A stretch of DNA of 64,000 nucleotides from Euprymna scolopes (taxonomy: Eukaryota), in NCBI GenBank assembly GCA_053919585.1, contig CM132786.1; one strand, given 5' to 3'. Below, one piece after another: positions 23,351 to 36,640 of the stretch; position 1 is the first letter of the stretch, and each line of letters begins with the position of its first letter. A program made the translations under genes and the position numbers. The notes beneath the pieces were generated by a model. The model saw only the letters and a list, made by a program, of their open reading frames with translations, was not told where the DNA came from and did no database searches.

Positions 23351-23453
23351 AGAGATATTATAGTTATGACTCCCATTTTCTTCTTCCCCCCCCCGTATAT
23401 TAATATGCAAGATATCATTCCTCACTCATGTTATTTTTTTTTAAATAATATTC

Positions 23454-23498
<45 letters not shown>

Positions 23499-23857
23499 TA
23501 TTAATATTAAATTAAAAAATATTTAAAGAAAATAATAAACAAAAAATAAGTCCTAAAAAATGTGAGGCGGAAAAAATGTAAACAAAGGGCAGATAACTCC
23601 TTTCTTATAATAAGCGCCCAGGGATAGAAAGAAAGAGGAAAATATTACAGAATCGCTAATAAAAAANNNNNNNNNNNNNNNNNNNNNNNNNNNNNNNNNN
23701 NNNNNNNNNNNNNNNNNNNNNNNNNNNNNNNNNNNNNNNNNNNNNNNNNNNNNNNNNNNNNNNNNNNNNNNNNNNNNNNNNNNNNNNNNNNNNNNNNNNN
23801 NNNNNNNNNNNNNNNNCCGACGATATGAAATAAAATGGAGGTGGAAGGACCTGGATA

Positions 23858-23896
23858 CTCAACGTTTCGCCCGATCTATGCGGGCTTCTTCAAGAG
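23858..23896 (-). ncRNA. Minimal type I hammerhead motif in pLTR
   Basis: Reverse complement of 25929-25967. Confidence 0.75.
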
Positions 23897-24323
23897 GGAT
23901 GGTCATTGACGAGAGAGTCGGAGGATTGGGGCTATATATAATGATGGGGGAGAGCAGCGTGTTTTCCTTATGTAAATTAGATGTCATATATACATGTATA
24001 TACATTTTATGAGAGAAGAACTAATTAGAGTAAACTAGTGTAGTGGATTACGTCTAAAAGATAAAATATCGTAGAGATTAAAAATTGTGTTTGGAAATAT
24101 AGCGGTGATAGATTAAATAAATAAAATGACACGAGATTACGAAATAATTTTTTTTTTTTTTTTTTTTTTAATTAGAAATAATTGAATTGGGATAAAATAG
24201 CGCAGTAACTTAAAAGATGGTATCTAAAAATAAGAATAGGAGGTGATAAAATGGAGTCTAAAAATAGATAATGATAAAATACAGTAAATAAGTAAAATAA
24301 AAATAAAATTAAGTGAAATTACG

Positions 24324-24362
<39 letters not shown>

Positions 24363-24367
24363 CGCGT

Positions 24368-25742
24368 TTAACCGGTGTCTAAGTTGTTTTCTTTGATAAT
24401 TATTTTCGACAGAAAGGGAGCAACGTGGAAAAAACCTTTTCTTTGCTTAATTATATTGCTGGAATGGGAGATTATAGCTGACTCAATTAAACGTCGTGTG
24501 GATCTGTTATGTATGTGTTTAAGGAAAGTTGCTTTGTTAAAATCAAAATGGTGGTCGTTTTCCATGATGTGACAAAATATGGCGTTGAGTGTATTGTTGT
24601 TTTTTACATCTCTTTTGTGTTCATATATTCTTTTATTTAAATTACGTTGAGTTTCTCCTACGTATATTTTTCCACAATCAAGGCAGGGTATGGAATATAT
24701 TCCGGCTTTGGTGTTAATGTTGGTGTTAGTTATAATTTTACGTGTTAGATCCCTAATTGTTAAAGAGTTTAGTTTTGTTATTTGAATGCCTGTCTTATTT
24801 AGGTTCTTATATATTGTGTCGTTATTTTTATTAGTTGGTAATGTTAATTGTCTGTTGTGTATCTGGCTATTTAAGGAATGGTCTCGGTTTCGGTTATGGT
24901 AAATTTTTAGTGCTTTTCTTTTTGTATTTGCCAAAAAATGTTGAGGGTATTGCAAGTTCATGAATGTACGTTCGATATACTCAAATTCTTCCACGATGTA
25001 TTCTTCACTACATATTCTCAGGGCCCTAAGAAAAAATCCTATTAGAATACCTCTTTTTACTTTATCATCGTGATGAGAGTAAAAGTGTATGTAATCATTT
25101 TTATTCGTGACTTTCCGATGGGCTTTAAAACTTAGATGATCATTGTTATTTATGATGTTGATGTCCAGAAAAGGTATGGAGTTGTTATTTTCTCTTTCAT
25201 ACGTATAATTAATAGTGGGTTCAATCTTGTTTAATTTATCAGTGATATTCTCTATTTTGGAAGATATAGGGAGAAAAATTAAAATATCATCAATATATCT
25301 ATAGTAGGAGGTACCCTTGGGCAATTTATATTTCATGGGTCCGGTTTCGATGAATTCTAAAAATAGACATGCCAAAACCCCACTTAGAGGGTTACCCATG
25401 GGCAGTCCAAATTTTTGTTTGTAGCAGAGTCCATCAAATGTGAAATATGTCATGTCAATGCATATACTTATAATTTTAATTATATTATCTATCGGCAAAG
25501 GTAATTTAATTTTTATTTTATTTAAGTGTTTTGAAAGAAGGTTGAGACATTTCTTGGTAGGGATATTGGTGTATAAAGATTCTATATCGAGACTATTCAT
25601 GGTTTTATTTTTCATATCTATGTTTTTTATCTTATTAAGAAGGTCGCCAGAGTTTCTTATATGGGAATTGCTAATTGTGCCCAATAATGGCGTTAGGAGT
25701 TTTGTGATCGCTCTTGCTATCTTATGGGTGGCACTGCCAATT
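24368..25742 (-). CDS. PLE reverse transcriptase + GIY-YIG endonuclease (N-truncated, frame open)
   Basis: IGSATHKIA.., SLDIESLYTNIP, GLPMGNPLSG, YRYIDD, IPFLDI, GIYSIPCLDCGKIYVGETQR..RIYEH; no internal stop; lacks its true start. Confidence 0.9.
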
Positions 25743-25928
25743 TTTAATCTCTACGATATTTTATCTTTTAGACGTAATCCACTACACTAGTTTACTCTAA
25801 TTAGTTCTTCTCTCATAAAATGTATATACATGTATATATGACATCTAATTTACATAAGGAAAACACGCTGCTCTCCCCCATCATTATATATAGCCCCAAT
25901 CCTCCGACTCTCTCGTCAATGACCATCC

Positions 25929-25967
25929 CTCTTGAAGAAGCCCGCATAGATCGGGCGAAACGTTGAG
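25929..25967 (+). ncRNA. Minimal type I hammerhead motif in inverted pLTR (C3U variant)
   Basis: ctc-TTGAAGA-a-gcccg-catagat-cgggc-GAA-ACGT-T-gag: palindromic minimal stem III as described for PLE hammerheads. Confidence 0.75.
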
Positions 25968-25992
25968 TATCCAGGTCCTTCCACCTCCATTT

Positions 25993-26039
<47 letters not shown>

Positions 26040-26087
26040 TGGATACAACTAAAATCGGTGTATATATTTGGGTTGTACTAACATGGA

Positions 26088-26157
<70 letters not shown>

Positions 26158-26276
26158 GCGTAACGGTCGGAAGAGCCGATTGGCTTTTAGACGGTCTCGA
26201 AATTTCAATTATGGCTTGAAGTAGTTACTAGTTAAGCCGCAAGAAGAGGTGTGGTTTAGCAAAACAGTCTATGGAT

Positions 26277-26353
<77 letters not shown>

Positions 26354-27023
26354 TTAATGAATGATTATGCCGGAGAGAGAAATATCGAAGTTTTCCCTAA
26401 AAATTCAGTGAATTTAGCATGATGATACCCGGTGGGGATGAAACTATAGCACCTCTCTGTTTCTTAGTTTACAATGATATGTTTTCATGCTATATATGTG
26501 TATGTGCGTGTCTTCGTGTGTGCGTATGCTAGTGGCATATCTATGACATGAATTTCAATATTATTGTTTATCCCCCCCTTTTTTTCGTTGATTCAGCGCA
26601 ATAGTCTCTGATCCTCAATTCTTTGAAGTGGCCTCCTGCCACACAATATAAGTCTGTCGCATGAAACGAAATGAAAGACGAGCCGGCACATTTCTTCTTA
26701 AGGCTTCACCGTTTTCTACAAAGATGGAAGCCGCGGCTTCACTAATTCAATGAATGCGCTTCCAAGCTTAACACAACATCAAAGGCGCAACGGTAAAATG
26801 CGGAAAGCAAGAATTTCAAACGCGTGGAGACACTAGCTGATTATTGGATGTTTTGTCTATGCGTATATGCGTTATTAAACAGAAACTATCGATCAGTACA
26901 TTCATCCAACAGTCGGTCACGCTCATTTATACGAATTGTATTTGCAATCTAGTTGGGTCGATATTCTATCTTTTTGTACATTCAATTTTCTCACAGAAAA
27001 TACATTGCTAGTCGCTATTTAAA

Positions 27024-27095
27024 TGACGGTGACTAAGCGGTTAACGACCCGGTTTTAAAACTTGTGTATGCCAGGATCGAATCCAGCTCATTTCA
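27024..27095 (+). pseudogene. Degenerate tRNA-like / SINE head (similar at 38060-38135, minus)
   Basis: A-box-like tggactaagcgg and B-box-like ggatcgaatcc at tRNA spacing; does not fold cleanly. Confidence 0.35.
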
Positions 27096-28202
27096 CAAAA
27101 GCTCTTTCATGTAATGCACATGCGTCTAACTTCTAGGAGAGGAGGTAAGTAAGCACATCTCCCCAGTACCAAAAGGCAGTTTTAAATACAAGGACAGTCT
27201 TGTTATGGAAAAATGATGGACCTTGATATAAAATAACAATTTTCCTGTCTAGAAATATTCGTTTTTCAGAAACAGAGGACAGAGCAAATAGTACACTCCA
27301 GCTATTTTTTAATGGCATGTGTTAGACTCATTCCGTAGTTTTCCAGTCCTAGTCGAGCAGTCATAGAAATAAATCGTTTACCTTCTCTCCCCCCCCTTTG
27401 TGTAACCCAAAGCGAATAGTACTTCCCCAAATCTTCCCCAAATCTTCCCCAAATCTTCCAATCTGTGGAACACAGGATTGCTTAGCTGATTCAAGTAAAA
27501 AAATCAGCATACACGTGTCGAAACATCATCCTAATTGTCGTCATCGTCATCATCATCCTTATTATCAGCAGCTTCATCGGTGTCGTTTAAATCTCAAAAT
27601 AGTTTTGTTGCCATTGGTTTCCCTGGTATTATTCTACTCAAAATACTTTCTAGAAAGACATTGCATGCTTATGGGAGAGACCACGTGAAGTGATTTTTGT
27701 GGAACGACCTGATTTGAACTTGGAACTAACGTCAGTCCGTGTCGTAAGCCATTGAACATCGAAACTGCTAACCTCAATATTCGTTTCGAATTCTTTCATA
27801 TTAATGTTTATCATCTAAAAGTTATCTTTGTCCTTTAATGAAATTCTACACATGAGTCTACATGAATTGATGTGTGTGTGTGCGCGCGCTCATTATTTAT
27901 CTTTGTGTGTTTCTTTGATTTAATAGGGATATATCTTGCGTATGGTTTTATGTGTTATAATTTTGTGTAAGTGATTCCTGATCGACAGGTTTTACGCTTG
28001 TGTACACATGTGCGCCTATATTTCTTATGTATTGCTGCCAGCTACTGCCGATATATTGATGTGTGAGCACGCATGCGTATTTGTTCCTATTAGATACTTG
28101 CGGGCACTCAACCGCTTTTTTGTATTTATAAGCAACACAAATGACTGGATATGTCACATATCTTGCATACCGTATCAGTGATATATTCGTGCTCTCTCTC
28201 TC

Positions 28203-28261
<59 letters not shown>

Positions 28262-28266
<5 letters not shown>

Positions 28267-28326
28267 TATAATAATTAAATACCTACAGACATTAGTGTTT
28301 CATCCTTTCCGGAATCTTCAGGGCAT
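28262..28326 (-). ncRNA. Degenerate type I hammerhead motif, family D
   Basis: Minus strand: atgcc-CTGAAGA-ttccggaaaggat-GAAA-acactaatgtct-GTA-ggtat; stem I augcc/gguau; (AT)n on both sides. Confidence 0.55.
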
Positions 28327-28343
28327 ATATATATATATACATG

Positions 28344-28384
<41 letters not shown>

Positions 28385-28619
28385 TGTGTGCGTCTGTGTG
28401 TGTGTGATAAATATATATTGAAATTCTAGTCAAGCTGTAATTTCAAAAAAACCTAATTTGGTTTAGCTTTAACGATCTTTACAAATTGTTACAGTGTTGT
28501 TTCAGAATCCTTATTCTTGACGCTTTCACTGACCTTTTGATCTTAACACATGGTAACGCATAAGTGTACATACTTCTTAGATAAGAGAAAAATAGTCACG
28601 CATCAAAACAGCATAATAT

Positions 28620-29279
28620 AAATGCGGGTGTAATGCAAGGGGTCTATCCTTAGATCTTTATTATTCCCGATATTCATAAATAACCTCCTGATGAAATCGT
28701 CTCCGAGATGGGGATATTTGCTGATGACACTACGCTCTATAGCAGACACGAAGGTGAAAACAAATGAACACACATCTGAGGAAATTGCTTAATCTCTAGA
28801 GAAAGACCTTCAGTATGTAGGGGAATGAGACCGTAACTGGTTCGTAATGTTCAATGCCGCCAAGACTAAGCTTATTTCCTGTCGTTTTTACAAGAAAGCT
28901 TCTCAACCATCGATTGCCATGGTTAATAATACACTGCCTTAAAGTTCTTTCCTCAAAGTTCTTTGGTTAAATTCACAGTTAACATGAATTGGAACCAATA
29001 CATTGAGGCAATTATCAAGGCTGCTGCAACGAAGGGGGGCTCTCTCTCTCTATCGTGTTAAAAAGCTACTCTCACCTGTATGGAGTGTTGGTAGCACATT
29101 TGGACTGGTGCATCTGTCACTAATTTATCCCTCTTAGAAAGGGTAACAAATAAAAAGATGCGCCAATCTAATAGCTCCTGAACTATCAACTAAACTCCAA
29201 CCTCTGTTCCATCGCCGAAACGTGACCTGTTTTACAAGTATTTTAGTGTCAAGTGCTCCGAGGAACTCCGAGCACTAGT
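28620..29279 (+). mobile_element. LINE family A-related degenerate RT fragment
   Basis: GIFADDTTLY, FNAAKTKLISC, HIWTGAS; truncated where a Helitron-like sequence begins. Confidence 0.75.
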
Positions 29280-29498
29280 ATATCTATAAACGTGAGAATT
29301 TGTGTGAAGGCAATTCTAAACTAATATGCTCAATTTATCTTTGATCTACAAACTTGAAATTCTGTACAGGGGGTAATCATTCATATGGAAAGCCTTTTAA
29401 GCGATGTTTATCCGCTAAAGAGGTTCCTAAAGGGTCAAAATTAAAAATTGGTAATAGGCGATCATCGGATTTGTTATATGTTTGTCACTATCACAACT

Positions 29499-29557
<59 letters not shown>

Positions 29558-30720
29558 TATATATGCTTGTTAAATATATTTTCTTAATAAACTCATGTCA
29601 GCTTTTTTGTCTATAGACATAAAACTTAATATGTAGGGTATTCGAAGCCATCCGAAACTTTATATTTGGGTTTTAGCTGTTTAAAATCGGTGCAAGGTAT
29701 GAAAATTTATAAAAATGGTATTAGCCATGTTACGGTCGAACGATGGCATTCCGAATATGCAGGCGTAACGTAATAGCTATTGGTTCATGTTATAATTTTT
29801 AGCATAATAGCGAACATGTCTTTATGGCCAGGCATTAATGTTAAAAGAAAAAGTAAATCGTAAACTAAACGGTTTCGATTCTTGATTGTGGCGCACGAGT
29901 CATTTTTTTTTTACTTTTTAAATCATTATTGGTTCCAATATAATCTATATAATTATAAAACTCAAATGACCTTGTAACGGGGATTGTAACCCAACATCTG
30001 GTTTACGACTTCTGGTTGCGCATGCGTACATGTATATCAACCCATAACAGCGTAAACAAATAAACACAAATCGCTGTACCGGTTTCGTTCGAACAAACAG
30101 ACGTTCTTAGAAAAGCGAATATCTTAAATTTATTGAACAAAAGACTTCAAGATATGGGAAGCAAACGCAAAACGCGATTACAAAGAATACGTATAATCAT
30201 CGACCTGTTTCATATATGCGATATACATTATACTAATTAATCTACGCGACAATAAAACGTATTGTTTTACTGTGCACGTTTTCAGCGTCCCAATTTTTTC
30301 GCGTTTGAATTATCCAAATAAATAATTGTTAATACGTTCTGCTTTTTTTTACATCGTTCATTTCCATATTACATTTAAGTTATTTTAACGTAATCTTCTT
30401 ACAAATAAATCTACTTTAACCCGTTGACAACTATAAAAGCATTTTACAACCCCGGTTTACTTACCGCCTTCATTTTTTTAAATTTATTCTCCATTTTTTA
30501 ACAAACCTTTCTTAAAAACATTCATACATTTTCTTCTACACTACCAACATGAATAAATAACCCCTACAATATGTTTTTTTTTTAATTGCGTTACAAATAA
30601 ATAATCAACGCGACAATACAACGGGTCACGTGTAGACTATTATGATAATAGATACAAAATCTGTATTAAGCAAAATATTATATTTAAGCGTATTATACGA
30701 CTGAGCAATGCTGGGATATA
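29280..30720 (+). mobile_element. Helitron-like non-autonomous element (approximate)
   Basis: tctataaa start, internal blocks resembling 7295-8109 (tctacaaacttgaaatt; gggtcaaa), end ctgagcaatgctggg. Confidence 0.35.
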
Positions 30721-31307
30721 TATATATCCATTCTTACTGGTTATTAGGGTGGTTATGCCGTCTTATTCTTCTATTTAAAAAAATTACTAGATTTGAATAA
30801 TCTTTATGTCTGGACTGTTTACAACCTTTTTTCTAAAAAACCTTGATTGCACATATTTGGATTATTAGAAACATTTTAAATTACTACACACATTCGATAT
30901 TTTAATTTGAGAATGTGTCAACAGTATAATTTCGGATTCTTCTCATGGGAACCTTGCCTCTCATTGTCTGTTCGTATGTTAAATATTTGACCTCTTCATA
31001 TCTTTTTATCTGGTTTCAATCCTTTGACTTTTAATTTATCCTTTTATTTAAAAAAATCCTCCCTATTTAATAAACTCATTCTACATTTTTTTTTGGTTTT
31101 ATCTTGTTGTTGTATTTTTTGTTTGTTTTCTTTAGAATTTATAGGTAACTTACAGGTAATACTGTTTAGATTAATACCAAAAACAGATAAATTAATAGCT
31201 TCGCTATAATATTAATTTTCAAATACATTTTCTCCGGCGACAAGAAAGCTTTTTTATACTCCTCGGATTAAGGAAATTTTAATGTATCTTTTTTGAGTAT
31301 CGTGTCG

Positions 31308-31383
<76 letters not shown>

Positions 31384-32481
31384 CTAGCGAATAAATACTG
31401 GGAACTCACAGAAAGCGGGCATTCGCCGGTAGTCGAATGGAAAATAATAAGACAAGCTACCACGTGTAGGGACCTAGACGACCCATGTAGATTATATCTT
31501 CATGAAATATTTGCTACACTGTACTTTAAAGGACCCCAACATCTATTAACTTGTAGAAGAGAAATAGCAAACAACTGTGTTCAAAAGATAAAACAAAATA
31601 GTTTTAAAACTAACAAAAACAATAGAACATAAACAAATAAATAAATTAAATAAACATAAATATACATAAGCGATCACACATATATGTATGTATATATATA
31701 TGTATATATATATGTGCATATATGTGTGTACATATATATATATATATGTTTATATATAAACTAACATTTAAAAAAGCACTAACCTAGTTTGAAAACAGAT
31801 CAAAAAACTAAATATCCAGGCTAAATACAGCTCACACAAAGGAACGGGTAAACCAGAGGTCAAATAGGCCTTTGTCCGATAAATGCATATATATATAACA
31901 ATGTTATAAGATAGCGACACAGTGCGTTTCACGCTTTATATCTCTATTTGAAGCAGAGAGGATGGAAGCTAGCAGAAATATCGAGAGAGAGAGAGAGGGG
32001 ATCAAAGTACAGAGAAAGTATAGAATAGAACGAGAAACGAGAGAGAAACTGTAAAGGGCATGGAGAGAAAGTAATAGAGCGGTGCGAGATGGCTGAATCA
32101 TCACCTTGATGCTAGTGCTGTTTTACCTTTTTGGGAGGAGGGGATGAGCAACCAATATTAACTGAGCTGCACAAGAAAATGGCGACACATGAGGCCATGC
32201 CTCAGAGGACGCGACAGTCGGAAAATGAAAAAGTATGAATCAAAAGAAAAGCCGAACGAGAATGGCGAAATAGGAGCAATTATAGCTGACCACTCTCCAA
32301 ATGATTCAACAAACCTTTAATAAAGCGTATTAGACTAACTTATCTTAAAGAGCAAACATAAAATGATTTACAAAATATTTCTAGCTTTTATATGTAAACA
32401 AGGTGGTCGGTGATTCGTTGGGCCCAAATTGCTACATTGCATAGTAGTGAATATATTATTTTCTCAGAAATTAACACTATA

Positions 32482-32965
32482 TCAGGTTGACAAAAAAGTT
32501 CGTGCGGGTTTTAACTTTTAAATTCAGATGAATATATCTCAACTCAAACAAACATTTATTCATCAAAATAAGCACCATCAGAATCAACAGATTTTTATCA
32601 ATGCAAAACAAGTGTATGTATGCCAATAGCATGAGAATCTTGCGTTCTGCTGGCGAGGAAGTCGCTGAAACCGTTTTTTATATCACTTAGTTTTTGAAGC
32701 ATTGCTACGCAGGAAATTGTCGAGATGCTTGAAAAAGTCGTCGTCGATAGATGAGACATCTGGAGAGCTCTAGACAGAATTTCGTAGCCCAATTCGTTCT
32801 GCAGGATCAGTTTAACATGTGGTCGGGCATTTTCGTGGAGGAGAATTGGGTCTTTTCTATTGACTAACGCTGGGTATTGTTGACGAAGTTTCTTATGAAT
32901 TTCATCCATTTGGTGACAGTACTTCTCCGCTGTAATTGTATCAGCTGCATTCAAAGAACTATAAT
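32482..32965 (-). mobile_element. mariner transposon 3' remnant
   Basis: TIR ta-tcaggttgacaaaaaagttcgtgcgg; ORF TITAEKYC..LVNRKDPILLHENARPH (HDNARPH motif). Confidence 0.85.
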
Positions 32966-33992
32966 TGATTTCGTAGAGTGGGAAATGGGCCCTGACTCAG
33001 TACACTTAGATTTTGGTATTAGACCTTATATTTTTCATCATCAAAGAGTAGTCTTCTCTTGAGAAAATATTAATCGGAATCGGAAAACGGATGTTTGTCT
33101 AATCGTCTAAGCCGAATTCAATTCCAAACGGATCTGTTGGGGGCTATTTACATTTTAATATCATTATGCAAGGTACGAACACACCTCTCTATGCGTAAAA
33201 TAGCAGTAAATCGCTTCCAATGCATAGAGATTCGTGAGTAAATAATAGTTGAGGGTTGATATATCATTATAAGGACAAACTAAACCATTTTCCTGAAGTT
33301 TTAGAATATCGGCTCACAAGATTTATGATTCGAAAACGTGGTTTGTTATTTACCACCTTGCTTCGGCCATACTCCCTTGTGTCTCACACCGTTGTAGCAT
33401 TTTCTATTCAGTCACGGATGTTGACCTGGATCTCGAATCTCACCCCCAAATGCTGGTTCGTCTCATCTGTCAACATGTCATGTAGTCCGATCCATTTTAA
33501 GCAATTCAAGCGTTCAGTTCTAAATAATAATTTCAATCCCCCGAGATGTTTCGGCATTCCTTTCAACATTGCAGTTTCACGTCTGCAATGGATTGATATG
33601 TTAAGGGAATAAAACTACGGTAAAATTCCTCTCTTTGCCACTAATTTCATTAATGCAAGTTTTATTGTAACGATTTAACGGGTTGATCGAAGCCCTTAAT
33701 TGTTGACCATTTCATTAAAATAAATAAAAATACAGATGTCTCTTTTTCGTTAATGAATTCTTAAATTGTTACGCAACGAATACGTTTTTTGTAAAGTAAT
33801 TAGAGAATCAATGGATCAATACATGTTGAGAGCAAGTAGTATTATCCAAATAAAATTTTTATCTGAAACAAATAAAAGAATATTCATAACATCGTATTTC
33901 TTCTTTTTGAGTAAAACCTGCTTACAAGTCGATTTTCATTATGAATAATATAAGAAGAAAAGTTCATGGGAAATTGTAGTGACGAAAAATTA

Positions 33993-34851
33993 TGAGGTGC
34001 ATTCAGGTTTTCAACATTTTTGTACAGGCATTTAAAATTGTTGTAAACCCTTAAAAATTCAATGTTATTAAATGGCTGACCAATTTCATGATTTTAAATT
34101 CACATGAACAACAAGAATTGGAATACATCCTACTAAAGCTTTGTTGTCACAACTGGTGAATTTCAAAAATGAAATCTGGTCGCAGGGACATTTTAGAAGA
34201 AACATATGCAACAATATTCTGTTTTAAACTTAGTAAAAATTCCATACAAACGTGTGAAATGCTTTAGACTGTTTTTCGGCCAGTTTTTGAGTGGCATAAG
34301 AGATTCAAGGAAGGCAAGGAGTCTGAGAGAGATGATTAGAGGTGTGCAGAGAGTAAAGAAAGTCAGAACACCTGAGTTGATTAGTCAAATAAAGAAATTC
34401 ACGAATAAGGACCGTCGTGTGTGAATAGGGATATTGAGTGCACAGTTTGATGTCAGTTTGGGAACTGTACACACAATTATTCGCGAGGAAGTGAACATAC
34501 ACAAGATTTGTTCGAAGTTTCTCCCAAGGGTGCTCAAAGAAGATCAAAAAGAAAGACGTTGTCATGAGCATCAAGACAGTTCCTCATCCTCCCGGTAGCT
34601 AAGACCTTGCTCCCTGTGACTTTTGGTTATTCCTTAACCTTGTGGAGAAACTTAGGTTTCGTTATGAGAATTGAGTAAATAAAAGAGGCTGTGACATGAC
34701 ATCCATGAGGTCTTCCAGTAGTTGTGGGAACGGTACAATAAGTGCATTGCAGCCGGTGGAGATTACTGAAAAGGGGAATCGAGTTTCATGTGTGTACTAT
34801 CAATAAAAGTTCCCATACGAAAAGGTCTGGAAATTTATTGAACGCACCTTG
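33993..34851 (+). mobile_element. Internally deleted mariner element
   Basis: TIRs tgaggtgcattca / tgaacgcaccttg with TA flanks; KICSKFLPRVL and HPPGS*DLAPCDFWLF (YSPDLAP) remnants. Confidence 0.85.
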
Positions 34852-35670
34852 TAAGTATTGTGCTAAAACGACGCCTGCAGAAATGTAATTGTTTTAAATT
34901 AACTGAATAATCATATAATGTGGTTATGGGTACGTATTCACATTTAAGCGTTACAAATGCAATAAATTATTATTGTATTGTTTCTCTTGAAAATAGAATA
35001 TACGTATCCAAGTACACTGGAAAATTATAGTTTACAAATATAAATCGTTAGTGATGTAGATCTCTAAAAGCATAGGGCGATGTCTACACAAGCAAACAAA
35101 TAAACAGACAGATATTATATGTATATACATAAATGTGTGTTTGTGTGTGTGCTTGTGTATGTGTTTGTGTATGCGTCTGTGTATGTGCTGAGAGATTGCC
35201 ACCTCGAATGTAGGAGTCACAGGCTGAAATAATGCAGCGAAACAAACGATAGTTATTTTATATTCTGTCTTTTATCAATAAGATTGTTTTCGGGATAAAA
35301 CCTGGTAACTTTTCAATTGAGAAAAGGAACCGCGTATAAAGTTTCACGTTTGGCAACTGTCTCTGATGGCCGCTAGGCTTTTTGGAAGCAAAACAAAGGG
35401 AAATAACTCTTTGATGTTTAGTTTACTTCAAAGACGTTCGATGTTGTTTTTGTAACATCAGCAGCAGCTGTAACTCCGAATGAATAAAATAGGTTCACGT
35501 TTTTTTCTGTATCATTTCAGATGCGTCCTAAAATCTCCATAGGAGACCCAGTTTTTCGATCTGTCACGCGATCAGCACTGCTGTCATGTTACAGTTTGAA
35601 ATAGAATCATTCTGTCACAAGCATTTCAGATTCGTTCATTTTCATAAGGAGTTGATTCTCTCTTTATATG

Positions 35671-35903
35671 ATTTGGATTCAGCACATTACTATTCTAATC
35701 ACAAAGTTTCAGTCGATGTAATCTCTGATGGTCTTCGGGTGTAACTTGTCAAACTCGGGAAACTCGGGAATCTGGATGGAATTTCGAACGGAGCGGAGGT
35801 TACATCGCATGTAACGTTATGAAAATGACACTTAAGATGAGAACAGTAGTTCACTGAATCAAATAATACGAATATTCAATCGCCATATAAAAAAATTCAG
35901 AAA
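35671..35903. mobile_element. Family C fold-back element, second two-armed copy
   Basis: Left arm on minus strand: acac-CCGAAGA-ccatc..gact-GAAActtt-gtg; right arm ggaggttacatcg..acacttaagatgagaacagtagt; central gggaat.t.ga.ggaatt shared with 9877-9896. Confidence 0.7.
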
Positions 35904-36055
35904 CGTTCATTCTCTCCGTTGATTTGTCATGCTGGCGTTTGGAATAAAATTTTGTCGCTCTTTTATTTGGAATAACATTTCTTTGCTCTGGAACAGTGTA
36001 ATCGACAGGGTGCTAATTTAGAATTTCCCGTTTTGGGAAGGGAAGATTTCGGGAG

Positions 36056-36640
36056 ACACTGTTTTAGAAAAGCATTTTTAAAAAAACTGTTTCAGGCGAT
36101 GCACAAATGTGAGTTTATATAATAAACACAAACCAGATAATACGTAGAAAGTATAAATTCACAAAATCGAAATAACATGAATAGTAAAATATAAAATAAT
36201 AGTTTTAGAATCTTTCCAGAACAAGGTGGATTTATTAGTTGAGATCTCAGGGAAGTCTTAATCCATAAATTGAAGGGTCGTGAATAACACTGTACAACAT
36301 ATGAAAAAGTATAGAACATATGTGGACAATTTACACAGTGATATGGAAATCCATTTCGGGCCTTTTTGTCAAATGAAGAACAGTTTTTTTTTCTTTTTTG
36401 TTTAAATTGTCACTTTCGAGTATTTGCAGAGAATCTTATTGATGTGAATGATGAACATGACGAGAAATTTTATCAAAATATTTCAGTGATGGCGAAACAT
36501 TTTAAAGGAAAATGGAACTCTGGCATATTGGCAGACTACTGTCTTTAATATGAAAAGGGAAGAGTACACTCAACACAAGAGGGTTAAGAAAACAATTGTT
36601 GTTTAATTGTCAATTCTGTATTTTTATTCATAACCAGTAA
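36056..36640 (+). mobile_element. DNA transposon remnant, probably Chapaev3/CMC-type
   Basis: FAENLIDVNDEHDEKFYQNISVMAKHFKGKWNSGILADYC resembles the recalled transposase C-terminal motif FPENLGAVSDEHGERFHQDI..YQGKW..MLADYCW; possible CACTG terminus at 36056. Confidence 0.55.

Larger units (their letters stand above)
23823..26002 (-). mobile_element. Young 5'-truncated Penelope-like element with inverted pLTR
   Basis: 265-bp inverted repeats at 23823-24087 and 25738-26002, no mismatch seen by eye, flanking an open RT/EN frame. Confidence 0.92.

Noticed and set aside
26165-26220. cggaaga..gaaa hammerhead-like string
   Set aside because: Core mutated and stem I cannot pair.
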